NCBI GenBank assembly: GCA_963755715.1
Contig: CAVWLW010000052.1
Span: forward strand, 90,545 to 154,544
Source: an uncultured delta proteobacterium
Lineage (GTDB): Bacteria; Desulfobacterota; Binatia; UBA9968
DNA length: 64,000 bases
Reading direction: 5' to 3'
Below, piece after piece: positions 31,570 to 41,549 of the stretch. The translations under genes were made by a program, and so were the position numbers. Positions within the stretch are counted from its first letter, which is position 1. The number at the start of each line of letters is the position of its first letter. The notes below the pieces were generated by a model that was given only the letters and a program-made list of their open reading frames with translations, had not been told where the DNA came from and ran no database searches.

Positions 31570-32283
31570 ATGGTGAGTTCATGGCAGAGCATCAAAATCG
31601 ATCAAAGCAATATGCCGCTTTATCTGAGCGTGCCGGAAAGCGGCGGATCCGTGCCGGGGGTCGTCGTTGTGCACGGACAGTCGGGGTTGGAAAACTTCAT
31701 CAAAGACACGACACACATGCTAGCGCTCCAGGGCTACGTCGCCGTGGCTCCCAATCTTTATCATCGCGACAGTCCCGACTGTAAGGACGATAATCCGACG
31801 CGCAAGGCACGACTCCGCGATACGACGATCATCAAGGACATCGAAGGGGCAATCGGCTTTCTAAAGAGCCATTCTCGGGTCGATGGCGGAAAGCTCGGGA
31901 TCGTCGGCTTTTGCATGGGTGGTCGTCTTGTCTATCTCATGTCGGCGGCGAGCCGGGATATCAAAGCCGGCGTGATGTTTTATGGCAGCGGCACGATGGT
32001 GCCGTTCGGCGAAGGTCCGACGCCTTTCGAGCGCACGAGCGAGATCAATTGTCCGATCCAAGGTCATTTTGGCGCGGAAGATAAAAATCCGTCGCCTGAA
32101 GACATGCGCAAGCTCGACGCCGAGCTTACGAAGTTCGGCAAAGCTCATGAGTTTCACACTTACGCCGGCGCCGCTCATGCTTTTGTCAACACCGGCTCGA
32201 GTAACTACCGGCCGCGCGCGGCGGCTCTGTCATGGCCAAAAGCGATGGAGTTTTTTAGCAGGCATCTGGTCGGCACGAAATAG
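31570..32283 (+). CDS. Dienelactone hydrolase family protein
   Basis: GFCMGG nucleophile motif, GAED, AHAF. Confidence 0.9.
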   Translation: MVSSWQSIKIDQSNMPLYLSVPESGGSVPGVVVVHGQSGLENFIKDTTHMLALQGYVAVAPNLYHRDSPDCKDDNPTRKARLRDTTIIKDIEGAIGFLKSHSRVDGGKLGIVGFCMGGRLVYLMSAASRDIKAGVMFYGSGTMVPFGEGPTPFERTSEINCPIQGHFGAEDKNPSPEDMRKLDAELTKFGKAHEFHTYAGAAHAFVNTGSSNYRPRAAALSWPKAMEFFSRHLVGTK

Positions 32284-32477
32284 AGATCTCGGAAGGCGGG
32301 GTCGCGGCTGTATTTGCTGATAGAAAAAGCCGCTGTCTGAAGATTGGTTCGTGACGTTAAGCCTACACGGTACGAACCAAACCGGACTCCTGAATTTTTC
32401 CTCGCGGGTAATCCTGTGCCAAAGCGTAGGTTCCAATCTGCAAAACGAACGGGTTTGATAGAACTGCGGCGTGAAAC

Positions 32478-32522
32478 GGCTTGAACGATTTGAACGTTTG
32501 GAACGGCCAAATCGTTCAAGCG
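32478..32522. repeat. 9-bp-period TTGAACG / CGTTCAA hairpin
   Basis: GCTTGAACGATTTGAACGTTTGGAACGGCCAAATCGTTCAAGC. Confidence 0.6.
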
Positions 32523-33106
32523 CTTCTTATTGGCATGAGAGGCCGGAAGCTACTTAACCGGATCCGGCACTCCGGGCGGTTTGGTCTTAGCATCGTAGAA
32601 TTCCTGCGAAAATTCAGGTCAGCCAGTGAATCGGCATGGCCTCCCGACTGTCCTCTTGAATGAATGAACTTCGCTGATTCAGCCTTCGCCGATTCCGTTC
32701 ATGCATCATATCTATGTCGTGATACATCATGTCTATGTCGGCGAGAGTTCCGCGAAGCCCGTGTCACCGCAGATTCAGCACTTCTATGTGGCTGCGCCGG
32801 CGCGCGCAGGTTAATCTAAGGCATTCCCGCCCCCGAATCTTACCGCACGCATGACGAAGGCCGCGCCAGGTGTGCAATCTCACGTGCAAGGATCACCCGA
32901 TAAACCAACATGCCGTGGTCAGCCCAGCGAAAGACTGTAACTCAGTCGCGCACCTAGCGAACCCGATAATTCCAGCCGGAAGATGTGCTTCAGCAAACTA
33001 CCTAAGTTGTACTTGTTATCCCTGCCGACCGTTGCACGGAATGCTCTGCGGATCGCAATAATTTCTCACGTAACTTTGTAGTACCCTGAGGCATGCGAGA
33101 CTTACC

Positions 33107-33146
33107 GTAGAGTTTTCACTACCCTGGGGTAGAGCCAAAACTACCC
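33107..33146. promoter_or_regulatory. Tandem GTAG-N8-CTAC palindromes, putative enhancer (UAS) for a sigma-54 activator
   Basis: GTAGAGTTTTCACTAC (33107-33122) and GTAGAGCCAAAACTAC (33129-33144), 22 bp apart and about 100-130 bp upstream of the -24 box. Confidence 0.55.
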
Positions 33147-33239
33147 TTCAGGTGTATCGCCGTCTCATTTAGGAACTTACCATTCGAAATTCTTCCGTTC
33201 ACTCCACATTTTACTCTCGTCGAATCTCAGCACTGAGGG

Positions 33240-33254
33240 TGGCACGACGGTTGC
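33240..33254 (+). promoter_or_regulatory. Sigma-54 (RpoN) -24/-12 promoter
   Basis: TGGCACGACGGTTGC matches TGGCACG-N4-TTGC exactly. Confidence 0.75.
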
Positions 33255-33436
33255 GCTACGAAAGTCCGCGTCGGAGGTGCCAGCGTTCATCGCTTTGATG
33301 CTGTTCTATGCGTTCGGCTCCCAAAAAGCAGATTGAGAGAAGGTGATGCCTATGTTTTGAAGAGATTCATCCTTTCACCCTATCGGATATGTGCAAAGTC
33401 TCTACGCAGGCTCGTAAGCCTGTTAAAGGAGGACAC

Positions 33437-34338
33437 ATGAGATTGGAGAGCTTGACACCAGATCGCATCAAGACGAGGCACACGTTGGTCGCGCGTCATC
33501 TCGCGTGGCATACACCGATCTCTCGCAGGACGTTTCTCAGGGCTGGAATCGGCACGTCCGCGATGGGCGCGGCACTCGGCGCGGGCTCTTACGGCCCGTA
33601 GCCGCCTCGGCCGCTCCCGGGATCGGCAATGTGCTGCCAATCCCCAGCACGCTGGAGCCTTTCCCTGGTGTAGAGATTCACGTGCAAGCACCGCCCTTCA
33701 CTGGGCCCAATACCGATCCGTCGACCGTCTGGAACTTCCAGGGCGCTTCAGGCATCGCCTTCATGGACACTTCGGCAACGCGTAGGCATAGGAAGACCGG
33801 CGAGGAGGAGGTCCTGCCCTCGACAATGAACCACATGACGTTGATGCAGGGCATCTACGTCGGGCGAGATGGTCACGTGCGGGAGGGTACCTTCTCCTTC
33901 GTTTGAATTGACATCTACGCCCCTGGAGGGGCGCAGCAGCTGCACGATTTCAACCCCGGGATTACCCAGAATGGCCTTTTTTGGACGGTCGTTCTCCCAG
34001 CCGACAATGTCCATGTAGACCTCAGCGCAGGGGCAGCCACGCTCGAAGTGGACTCCCTGGACATGAAGGACTATTACACCCTTGAGAACTCATTTCTGGC
34101 TAACATTGGGCAACCGACCCCTGCAGTGATGTCTTTCACCGTCGTGTGGAACGCAACTGGTAGCGTCAACCACTACGATAACGAGGCCGAGAATTTCCGG
34201 GGCGATTGTAGGGACACCTTAGGGCGGATCGAGTACTCGGGACGCGCTGGCGATTTTGAGTTCCAGTCCGCTCCTCTTGCCAGCTCGACGACCGTCGCCG
34301 CAGAGATTGGTCGTGAGAGCAACGGCTCGTTCTACTAA
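33437..34338 (+). CDS. Putative Tat-exported selenoprotein of unknown family (about 300 aa; in-frame TGA at 33904-33906; 1-nt frameshift near 33585)
   Basis: AAGGAGG RBS, SRRTFL Tat motif, ..GTFSFV-TGA-IDIYAPGG..HDFNPG..GLFWT open to TAA at 34338. Confidence 0.6.
33918..33933 (+). promoter_or_regulatory. SECIS-like hairpin
   Basis: CGCCCC-TGGA-GGGGCG starts 11 nt after the TGA and has a G-containing loop. Confidence 0.5.
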
Positions 34339-34649
34339 GTGCTGGCCAGTCGAAGCTTCGCAGTGGGCGTTTATGCCCAAGGCAGGGCCGGATTGACGGC
34401 GTCTCGGTCCGCGAGGACGGAATCGAACGTGGAAGTAAGATCGCCGGCCGTGCCGTCAATCTGTTCCTCAAGCCGGAGAAAAAATAGCTTTTCCCACAGG
34501 GACGTAGCTCGAATTCTGTGTCGTTGGATCTGGGCTACGTTCCTACGAGAGGGTGCGGCCTGTCAGATTAGACATCCTTGCGCGTTTCATTCGTTTCACC
34601 TTCTTGTATAATGTTATTTGGGGAGAAATACACGGTTTCAAAAGCGGCC

Positions 34650-36151
34650 TGTCAAGCCACCTCAAAATCTAACCGGAGCTGGGATTCGTTGAGTCATGTG
34701 GAAATCTAACCGAAGGTTGTGTACGAATCTGTCCTTCTATTTCAAATTTCTGATGTTTGAGTTTGTTGCTGAAGGTCCAGCCTCTCCATGCTGAGCCCGA
34801 CCGATGAGATACGGAGCGAGTCTTTTGGGGGTTGAGCTCAGGGTTTGGCCGCATTTCTTTTATTGGGGTTTTCTCCCGCATAGCACCATTTCGTTGAGCC
34901 GCTAAAGGGTAAGAGAGTCGAGTTGCTGATCGATACGATGTGACAGTTCAAAAGGGTCGGTATTTTGCCCCAGGGATTTTAGCCCCTGGATCTGTGGGAG
35001 AGTTTTGTTTTGGGATTTGAGTACCCGCTTTAGAGGAGTAGAGGGCGGATCGTAATGGCGCATCACCCGTGAGCCTTGACGGACTTTGCTTCGAAGCTTC
35101 ATGGAAGGCTGGAACAGATTCTGAAAGATCCGAAGCTGCTCATAGAGCTGGTTGATCCTCTTGAGGGCTTCTAAAGTGTCGTAGCGCTCCCAGCCCAAGA
35201 GTTTACGCACGTGGGTCCAGTTTTTCTGCTCCACATGCGTATTGTCATCTTTTTTGTGGGGCGCGAGCGGGTGAACTAGATTTTAGAGGTTTTGGGTCTT
35301 TGCTGACAGAAATTAAACAGGTGGGTATTGATGAACTCGCTGCCGTTGTCGGAGTCAATGCCGCGCATTGCGAAAGGCAATCTCTGCTCAATTTCTCTAA
35401 GCGCCGCCACAATTCCGAGCTGGCCTTTGCCCATGACCGCCTGTCGTTCCACCCAGCCGGTGGTGATATCGACACAGTCCAGAGTGTAGATGAACTCCCC
35501 AGCTGCCGAGGCGCCCGAATGCGCGACCAGGTCGATTTCTAGATAGCCGGGCAAAGCCACCTCCCAATGATCAGTCTTGATAGTAATCATGTGTTTGAGA
35601 AGTGAGCCTGGGCGAGTGGTGCCATAGAGGCGTCGTTTGACGGTGCGCTTGTGGGGGAAAAGCCGCCGATCCATCACGAGCACTGATCGCCAAGAGCTCT
35701 TTTTCCAATTCTTCGTTCACCTTAAAGTGCTTCTTGATCCAGGGGAGCCACTGCGGCAGTGTCGCCTTTAGACGCTGAGAGCACAGATAGCCGGAGGCTT
35801 CCCAGACCTTGGCCAGCACCTTAATGCTTGCCTTACTGTAGGTCACCGAGCGCGGCGTCACACCTCGGCGCACAGCGCCTGGGCAAAGGACGGCTTAAAA
35901 GCCAGATGGCGTACTTGCGGTTATAACCGCACACCTTGCAGAACTCTTCCAACATCGCGCTCTTCTCTGTGCGCCGCCCCTGTCGGTAGCGCTTATGAAT
36001 CGATCGCAAATACTCCCGCTTGGATTGTCGCGCCATACTGAATCCCTCCATCACTCCCCTTCTTCTCCTCCACAGCATGAGGCCAAGGAGGGTTAGATTT
36101 CCAAACGGCGCAACGAACCTTTACTCGGTTAGATTATACAGGCGCAATACG
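34650..36151 (-). mobile_element. Insertion sequence (rve/DDE integrase type, ISNCY/IS481-like) with doubled terminal motifs
   Basis: AATCTAACC at 34666 and 34703; GGTTAGATT at 36091 and 36127; transposase between them. Confidence 0.75.
34669..36036 (-). pseudogene. DDE transposase/integrase in six fragments (decayed, or split by sequencing error)
   Basis: SKREYLRSIHKRY..GYNRKYAI, YLCSQRL, EIDLVAH, GIDSDNGSEFIN, EQKNWTHVR, NLFQPSMKL. Confidence 0.8.
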
Positions 36152-36274
36152 AGCGGTTGACAGCGAAGTTCACGGTCGGATACGCTCTCGAACCGATCCG
36201 ACAGCCTCGCGTTTCCAGCCTCCTCGCGATTAGCCAAGCGACAGTTCTCTTAGAATAGTTTTAGGGGAACTCTG

Positions 36275-36568
36275 ATGGGATGGCTTAGGGCAGTAAAGAA
36301 GAAAACGGATTCACAGGCTACCAAACTGAGCCAACTCAAAGAAGAGCTGCGCCGCGTCGCCGAGAAATTCGAACCTCACAAGGGCAAGTTTTCCGAAGCC
36401 CTAGAGCAGCACGTTCACGATCTAAAGCCAGAAGTCGAAATTGAGCTTTCAGAGTCCAAAACTCTGCAGGCAATCTCCGATGTTTGCGCCCTTGCTTTTG
36501 CCACTGCTGCAAGTGACGACACTGAGCTGGTGATCAGATTTGGTAAGCGGATGAAGGGGACTAAGTAG
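36275..36568 (+). CDS. Hypothetical protein, possibly a remnant of a sensor N-terminal coiled coil
   Basis: ORF with a purine-rich RBS and the coiled-coil-like segment LKEELRRVAEKFE..SEALEQ. Confidence 0.35.
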   Translation: MGWLRAVKKKTDSQATKLSQLKEELRRVAEKFEPHKGKFSEALEQHVHDLKPEVEIELSESKTLQAISDVCALAFATAASDDTELVIRFGKRMKGTK

Positions 36569-36598
36569 GCGCGAAGCGTAAGGCGTGAGGTGAGATCA

Positions 36599-37615
36599 AT
36601 GAATGAGAAAATTTTTGCTCTTGCGCTCGGCGTTCTGCTCTTTGCGCTTTGCTTGTCCGCTCAAGCGCAGCAGCCAACAAAGGTTGCTCGGATAGGTTAT
36701 CTGAGCCCGGGAGACCCCGTCGGCAGGGGTTATCGCACCGAGGCATTCCGCCTAGGGCTGAAAGAACTCGGATACATTGAGGAAAAAAATATTATCATCG
36801 AGTATCGGTTCGCAGAGGCCAGGTCGGATCGGTTACCCGAGTTGGCGCGCGACCTTGTCCGTCTCAAGGTCGACATTATCTTTGCAGGAGGCCACGAAGC
36901 GACCGAGGCCGCTAAGAATGCGACGCAGATGATCCCGATTGTCACAAGCAGTCAGGACCCTGTTCGCTCCGGGTTTGTCGCTGCCTTACCGCGACCAGGT
37001 GGAAACATTACCGGACTGACTAACCTTACCTCCGAGTTAGTCGGAAAACGGCTTGAGCTGCTAAAGGAGGTGATTCCGCAGCTATCCCGCGTCGCCGTCT
37101 TATGGACACCAAGTCATCCTGCCTCCACAATCTGGAGAAGGACCGAGGTTGCCGCTCAATCCCTGGGCGTGCAGCTCCTGGCGGCAGAGCTACGAGATCG
37201 AGACGACTGGGTAGAGATCCAAATCGGTAAGGCTGTGTTTAAAGATTTACAGCCGGCTTTCGCAGCTATAAAAGAAGAACGTGCTGAGGCCCTCTTGATA
37301 CTACGGAACCCGATCGTTAATGACCAGACAAAAAGGATCGCCAATTTTGCGGCCAAGAGTAGGTTACCGGCCATCTATGACGAGAAAAGATTTCCGGAGC
37401 TTGGTGGCCTCATGAGTTATGGAACCGATCTGGCTGATGTGGACCGGCGTGCGGCAATCTACATTCATAAGATCCTCAAGGGAGCCAAGCCCACGGATCT
37501 CCCGATAGAACGGCCGACGAAATTCGAGCTGGTGATCAACCTCAAAACAGCCAAGGCACTGCGATTGAAAATTCCTGCGCACTTGCTTACAGAGGCAGCC
37601 GAGGTGATTGAGTGA
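36599..37615 (+). CDS. ABC substrate-binding protein (ABC_sub_bind/DUF534 type)
   Basis: RIGYL, GLKELGY, RPGGNITG, GKRLELLKE, GGLMSYG, ILKGAKPTDLPIERPTKFELVINLKTA. Confidence 0.9.
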   Translation: MNEKIFALALGVLLFALCLSAQAQQPTKVARIGYLSPGDPVGRGYRTEAFRLGLKELGYIEEKNIIIEYRFAEARSDRLPELARDLVRLKVDIIFAGGHEATEAAKNATQMIPIVTSSQDPVRSGFVAALPRPGGNITGLTNLTSELVGKRLELLKEVIPQLSRVAVLWTPSHPASTIWRRTEVAAQSLGVQLLAAELRDRDDWVEIQIGKAVFKDLQPAFAAIKEERAEALLILRNPIVNDQTKRIANFAAKSRLPAIYDEKRFPELGGLMSYGTDLADVDRRAAIYIHKILKGAKPTDLPIERPTKFELVINLKTAKALRLKIPAHLLTEAAEVIE

Positions 37616-37841
37616 GAAACGCATGAGGCACGAACCAGCAGGCAACAGCGACAAACAACAAAGCAGCGATTCGAATGTGGATCGCTGAATTGAACAACAA
37701 CCGTCTAGACAAACTGAAGGTCTGCGAAGCAATTAACGCCCGAGGACGAGTGCGGGAATCGAAAATCTAAAATCCAAAATTCAAAACAACAGACTCAGCT
37801 GGAAGCGCGGCCGGCTAGTTCGCCACTACTTCCTCATCTCG

Positions 37842-39686
37842 GTGATTTTGATCAGCGGCGGGCTTGTCACGAGCGGGCTGAGCGAACTTTACTTCCGTTA
37901 CCGCGAGAGCGCAGCAGACCTTGTACGGCTTCATCAGGAAATTACCTCCGGGGCTGCCTCGAAAATCGAGCAATTTGTCGAGGAGATCGAGCGCACGACG
38001 AGAGGAGCCGCCAAAAGCCGTGAAATCACGGAGAAAGGGCTCTCACCGGAATATCGGTTCGAGTTGAGACGGCTCCTCGCTATCGCCCCGGCTATCACGG
38101 AGGCGGTGGCGATCGACAGCGATGGAACATCGCGTGTAGCCGTCTCACGTATTAACCGCATCTTAGATGCGAAAATCGATTCCGCGTTGCCGGCGCTCCA
38201 GTTGGCTAAAGAAGGAAAGTCCTATTTCGGTCCCGTCTACTTTCATAGGGATTCTGAGCCGTACATGACGGTTGCGGTTCCCATCGAGCGATACGTAGGA
38301 CGGGCGATTGGAATTCTTCAAGTTCAGGTCAATCTAAAGTACGTGTGGGACCTGATATCGAAACTAAAAGTCGGAACCGACGGTTACGCTTATGTTGTAG
38401 TGCCCAACGGCGATCTCATCGCGCACCCGGAAATTGGCCTTGTGTTGCAACGCCGCAACGCAGCCCACCTCGATCAAGTGCGTTTGGCTTTCCAACCCCG
38501 AACCGATGCGGAAAGCCCGACGTGGATCGTGGCCACGAATCTTCATGCCCGGAAGGTTTTTAGCTCCTGGTCGCCACTTCCAATACTCGGTGCCATGGTC
38601 TTCGTTGAGCAACCCGTGGAAGAAGTATATGGCCCGCTTTATGCTTCGTTGTTTAGAACTTCCGGTTTCCTGCTCCTCGGTCTTGGCATGGCGCTTGTTG
38701 CCTCCTTGTTTGTGGCCCGGCGGGTCGTTCGGCCACTGGAAACGCTGAGAAATGGGGTCGAGCGTATTAGCGGCGGAGATATGAATGCACGCCTGGACCT
38801 GAAAACTGGAGATGAGATCGAAGTGCTCGCGGAAGAGTTCAACAAAATGACGGAGAATCTCCAACAGGCCTACGCCGGCTTGGAGCAAAAAGTTGCAGCG
38901 AGAACTGAGGAGCTTGCTGTTGCCAACGAGAGATTAAAGGAGCTCGATCACCTGAAATCGGACTTCGTCTCCCACGTCTCGCACGAGCTGAGGACACCGC
39001 TTACGGCAATCAAAGGTGCCGTGGATCTGATACTGCGCGAGGTGCCCGGACCGCTTACCGAGAAGCAAATTCACTATCTCACCCGCGTGAGATCTAATAC
39101 GCAGCATCTGGCCGGATTGATCAATGACCTTTTGGATCTCTCCAAGATCGAGTCGGGAAAGACAGAGGTGAAACCCAGTCACGTTTCTCTCGTCGGTCTC
39201 GTGCATGAGGTTGTGGAGAGCTTGCGGCCTGTTGCGGCGGAGAAGATCATTGCACTTGAGGCGTCCATTTCCGAGCCGTCGATTCTGGTGTGGGCGGATC
39301 GGGATAAGATCAACCAAGTTCTGATGAACCTGATCGGCAATGCGATCAAGTTCACGCCGACTCAGGGCAGGGTTACGCTGTCAGCTTCAAGAAATGGCAA
39401 TGGAAGCGTTCAGGTTTCGGTGTCCGATACCGGTCCGGGCATACCGCCGGACGAAAGAGAAAAGATTTTTGATAAGTTCTACCAGATCGCCCAGGTGGGA
39501 GATGTAAAGCCCAAAGGCACCGGCCTCGGACTCGCAATTTGCAGAGCCCTTGTGAAGTTGCACGGCGGAAAGATTTGGGTCGAGCCTGAGCCGAGTGGCG
39601 GCAGCATATTTTATTTTACTCTGCCGGCAGCTATATCCGGAGACGCTAAATTGCCAGCGACGAATGCGGACATGGATGTCAGTTGA
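37842..39686 (+). CDS. Membrane sensor histidine kinase (Cache-HAMP-HisKA-HATPase); true start probably further upstream
   Basis: Two TM segments, HAMP DEIEVLAEEFNKM, SHELRTPL, NLIGNAIKFT, DTGPGI, GTGLGL. Confidence 0.9.
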   Translation: MILISGGLVTSGLSELYFRYRESAADLVRLHQEITSGAASKIEQFVEEIERTTRGAAKSREITEKGLSPEYRFELRRLLAIAPAITEAVAIDSDGTSRVAVSRINRILDAKIDSALPALQLAKEGKSYFGPVYFHRDSEPYMTVAVPIERYVGRAIGILQVQVNLKYVWDLISKLKVGTDGYAYVVVPNGDLIAHPEIGLVLQRRNAAHLDQVRLAFQPRTDAESPTWIVATNLHARKVFSSWSPLPILGAMVFVEQPVEEVYGPLYASLFRTSGFLLLGLGMALVASLFVARRVVRPLETLRNGVERISGGDMNARLDLKTGDEIEVLAEEFNKMTENLQQAYAGLEQKVAARTEELAVANERLKELDHLKSDFVSHVSHELRTPLTAIKGAVDLILREVPGPLTEKQIHYLTRVRSNTQHLAGLINDLLDLSKIESGKTEVKPSHVSLVGLVHEVVESLRPVAAEKIIALEASISEPSILVWADRDKINQVLMNLIGNAIKFTPTQGRVTLSASRNGNGSVQVSVSDTGPGIPPDEREKIFDKFYQIAQVGDVKPKGTGLGLAICRALVKLHGGKIWVEPEPSGGSIFYFTLPAAISGDAKLPATNADMDVS

Positions 39687-39692
39687 TTTCAC

Positions 39693-41045
39693 ATGAAAAT
39701 TCTTAGCGGAACGATACTTGTCGCTGACGACGACGCCGATATTCGTGAAATCTTGCGCGACACACTCAACAGCCTCGGCGCCAGGATCGTTACCGCTGTC
39801 GATGGCCAGGATTGTTTAGATCGCGTCGAGGCGGACGTCCCGGACGTGGTTCTGCTCGATATCGAGATGCCGGTTAAGAGCGGCCTCCAGGTGCTGCAGG
39901 ATTTGCGCCGGCGCGGCAGTGAGATGACCATCATCATGATTACGGCCTACGGAACCATCGAGCGGGCGGTGCAGGCGATGAAGCAAGGCGCTTATGATTT
40001 CATCACCAAGCCGTTTGATCTCGATCATATCACTTTGGTCGTTGAAAAAGCTTTGGAGCGAGAAAGGCTCAAGCGCGGTCTCGAACACTTCTCCGAAGAG
40101 ACGGGGGAGCGTTATCGGCTGATTGGTGGCGAAAGCCCAAAGATGCGCGCGTCCATCGAAACAGCCAGAAAAGCCGCGGCAAGCCGATCCACGGTACTGC
40201 TGCTCGGCGAGAGCGGCACGGGAAAAGAGGTCTTTGCCCGCGCGATTCACCAATGGAGCGACAGGAGAGGAGAAACATTCATCGCGATTAACTGTGTAGG
40301 CTTGTCGAAGGATCTGCTCGAGAGCGAGCTCTTCGGTCATGAAAAAGGCGCATTCACAGGGGCGCATCAACTTAAAAAGGGGAAGATGGAACTGGCCGAT
40401 AGAGGGACGCTGTTCCTCGACGAAGTCGGAGATATTTCGCCCGAGCTGCAAACAAAGCTTTTACGGTTTCTCCAAGAGCGGGAGTTTGAGCGCGTCGGCG
40501 GCGCCCAGCAGATTCGCGTCGACGTCAGAGTGATTGCCGCGACCAACCGTGATTTGACGAGCGCAATGAGAGAGGGACGTTTTCGCGAAGATCTTTACTA
40601 TCGTCTTAACGTGATCCCGATTGCGCTACCGCCGCTGCGAGAGCGGAGGGAAGATATACCTGTACTGGCAAAGTATTTTTTGCGGCGCACTGCCGCGGAG
40701 ACCAAAAAGAATCTTGCTGGGATCTCCCAAGATGCAGAGGCGATGTTCATCGCATACGAATGGCCGGGGAACGTGCGCGAGCTGGCAAACGTCATCGAGC
40801 GCGCCGTTGTGCTTGGGCAAGGATCCGAAATTTCCGTTCACGATTTGCCGTCATCAACGGTGGGTCTGGCAGAAAAAAATGACTGCGCGAGTCTCTCATA
40901 TCGGGGAGCTTTGGAGATGGCCAAAAGAGACGTCGTTCTCCGAGCGCTCGCGCAGACTGATGGCAATCGGGCGGCCGCGGCGAGACTTCTCGGTCTGCAC
41001 AAAACCCATCTGCTGAATCTGATCAAATCCCTGAGAATCGACTAG
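39693..41045 (+). CDS. Sigma-54-dependent NtrC-family response regulator
   Basis: Receiver domain with LLDIEMP, GESGTGKE, ESELFGHEKGAFTGA, WPGNVREL, Fis-type HTH. Confidence 0.95.
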   Translation: MKILSGTILVADDDADIREILRDTLNSLGARIVTAVDGQDCLDRVEADVPDVVLLDIEMPVKSGLQVLQDLRRRGSEMTIIMITAYGTIERAVQAMKQGAYDFITKPFDLDHITLVVEKALERERLKRGLEHFSEETGERYRLIGGESPKMRASIETARKAAASRSTVLLLGESGTGKEVFARAIHQWSDRRGETFIAINCVGLSKDLLESELFGHEKGAFTGAHQLKKGKMELADRGTLFLDEVGDISPELQTKLLRFLQEREFERVGGAQQIRVDVRVIAATNRDLTSAMREGRFREDLYYRLNVIPIALPPLRERREDIPVLAKYFLRRTAAETKKNLAGISQDAEAMFIAYEWPGNVRELANVIERAVVLGQGSEISVHDLPSSTVGLAEKNDCASLSYRGALEMAKRDVVLRALAQTDGNRAAAARLLGLHKTHLLNLIKSLRID

Positions 41046-41147
41046 AGTAAGAGTGCTACGATCCAATGGTTCCAACAGTTCCAATCGTCCAGCGGTTAAG
41101 GTTCTCTGACTCGCTCAAGACGTTCAAAGGCGATTTGAGCGGTAGCC

Positions 41148-41549
41148 CTAATCCCAGATAGTGCGAACTAAACCGGATTTCTGGATCTCTTCATCGCCGG
41201 TAATGAGCGGCAACCCCGCGACTCTGGCTTGGGCGATGATCAGACGATCATAGGGATCCCTAATGGTTGTAAATACTGCAGCTTCGAGAAGCAGATCGGT
41301 ATCGTTGACGCCCAAGTCAAAATTTTCCGCCTGTCGCATCGAGACCACAAAATCGCGGAATGGTAGGGGAAGGCGAATCTTGCCGATCTCCGAAAGGAGC
41401 ATCACTTCTTCGAGGACTGTAAATGGCACTACCATGGTCTCCCGCCCACGTTTTACCCCGTCAAAAATCCTTAAGGCTCTGCGGCCAAGGCGATTCCTTC
41501 GACCCGTGACGTGATGAACGAAGGGATGGGTATCTGTCACAAACGTCAT
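41148..41549 (-). CDS. vapC: PIN-domain (VapC-like) toxin
   Basis: VTDTH, TVLEE, DPYDRLIIAQA, LITGD; ATGA overlap with the antitoxin gene. Confidence 0.8.
   Translation of the reverse strand: MTFVTDTHPFVHHVTGRRNRLGRRALRIFDGVKRGRETMVVPFTVLEEVMLLSEIGKIRLPLPFRDFVVSMRQAENFDLGVNDTDLLLEAAVFTTIRDPYDRLIIAQARVAGLPLITGDEEIQKSGLVRTIWD

Noticed and set aside
32284-33100. Short ORFs in the long intergenic region
   Set aside because: No recognisable coding signal; treated as non-coding or decayed DNA.
33505-33585. Track start MAYTDLSQ.. for the 133-aa ORF
   Set aside because: The RBS and Tat motif lie in the other frame, starting at 33437; a 1-nt indel explains the split.
34048-34338. Stand-alone 96-aa gene as called in the ORF track
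   Set aside because: There is no SD before the GTG and the frame is open back to the TGA at 33904, so it is better read as the C-terminal part of the read-through gene.
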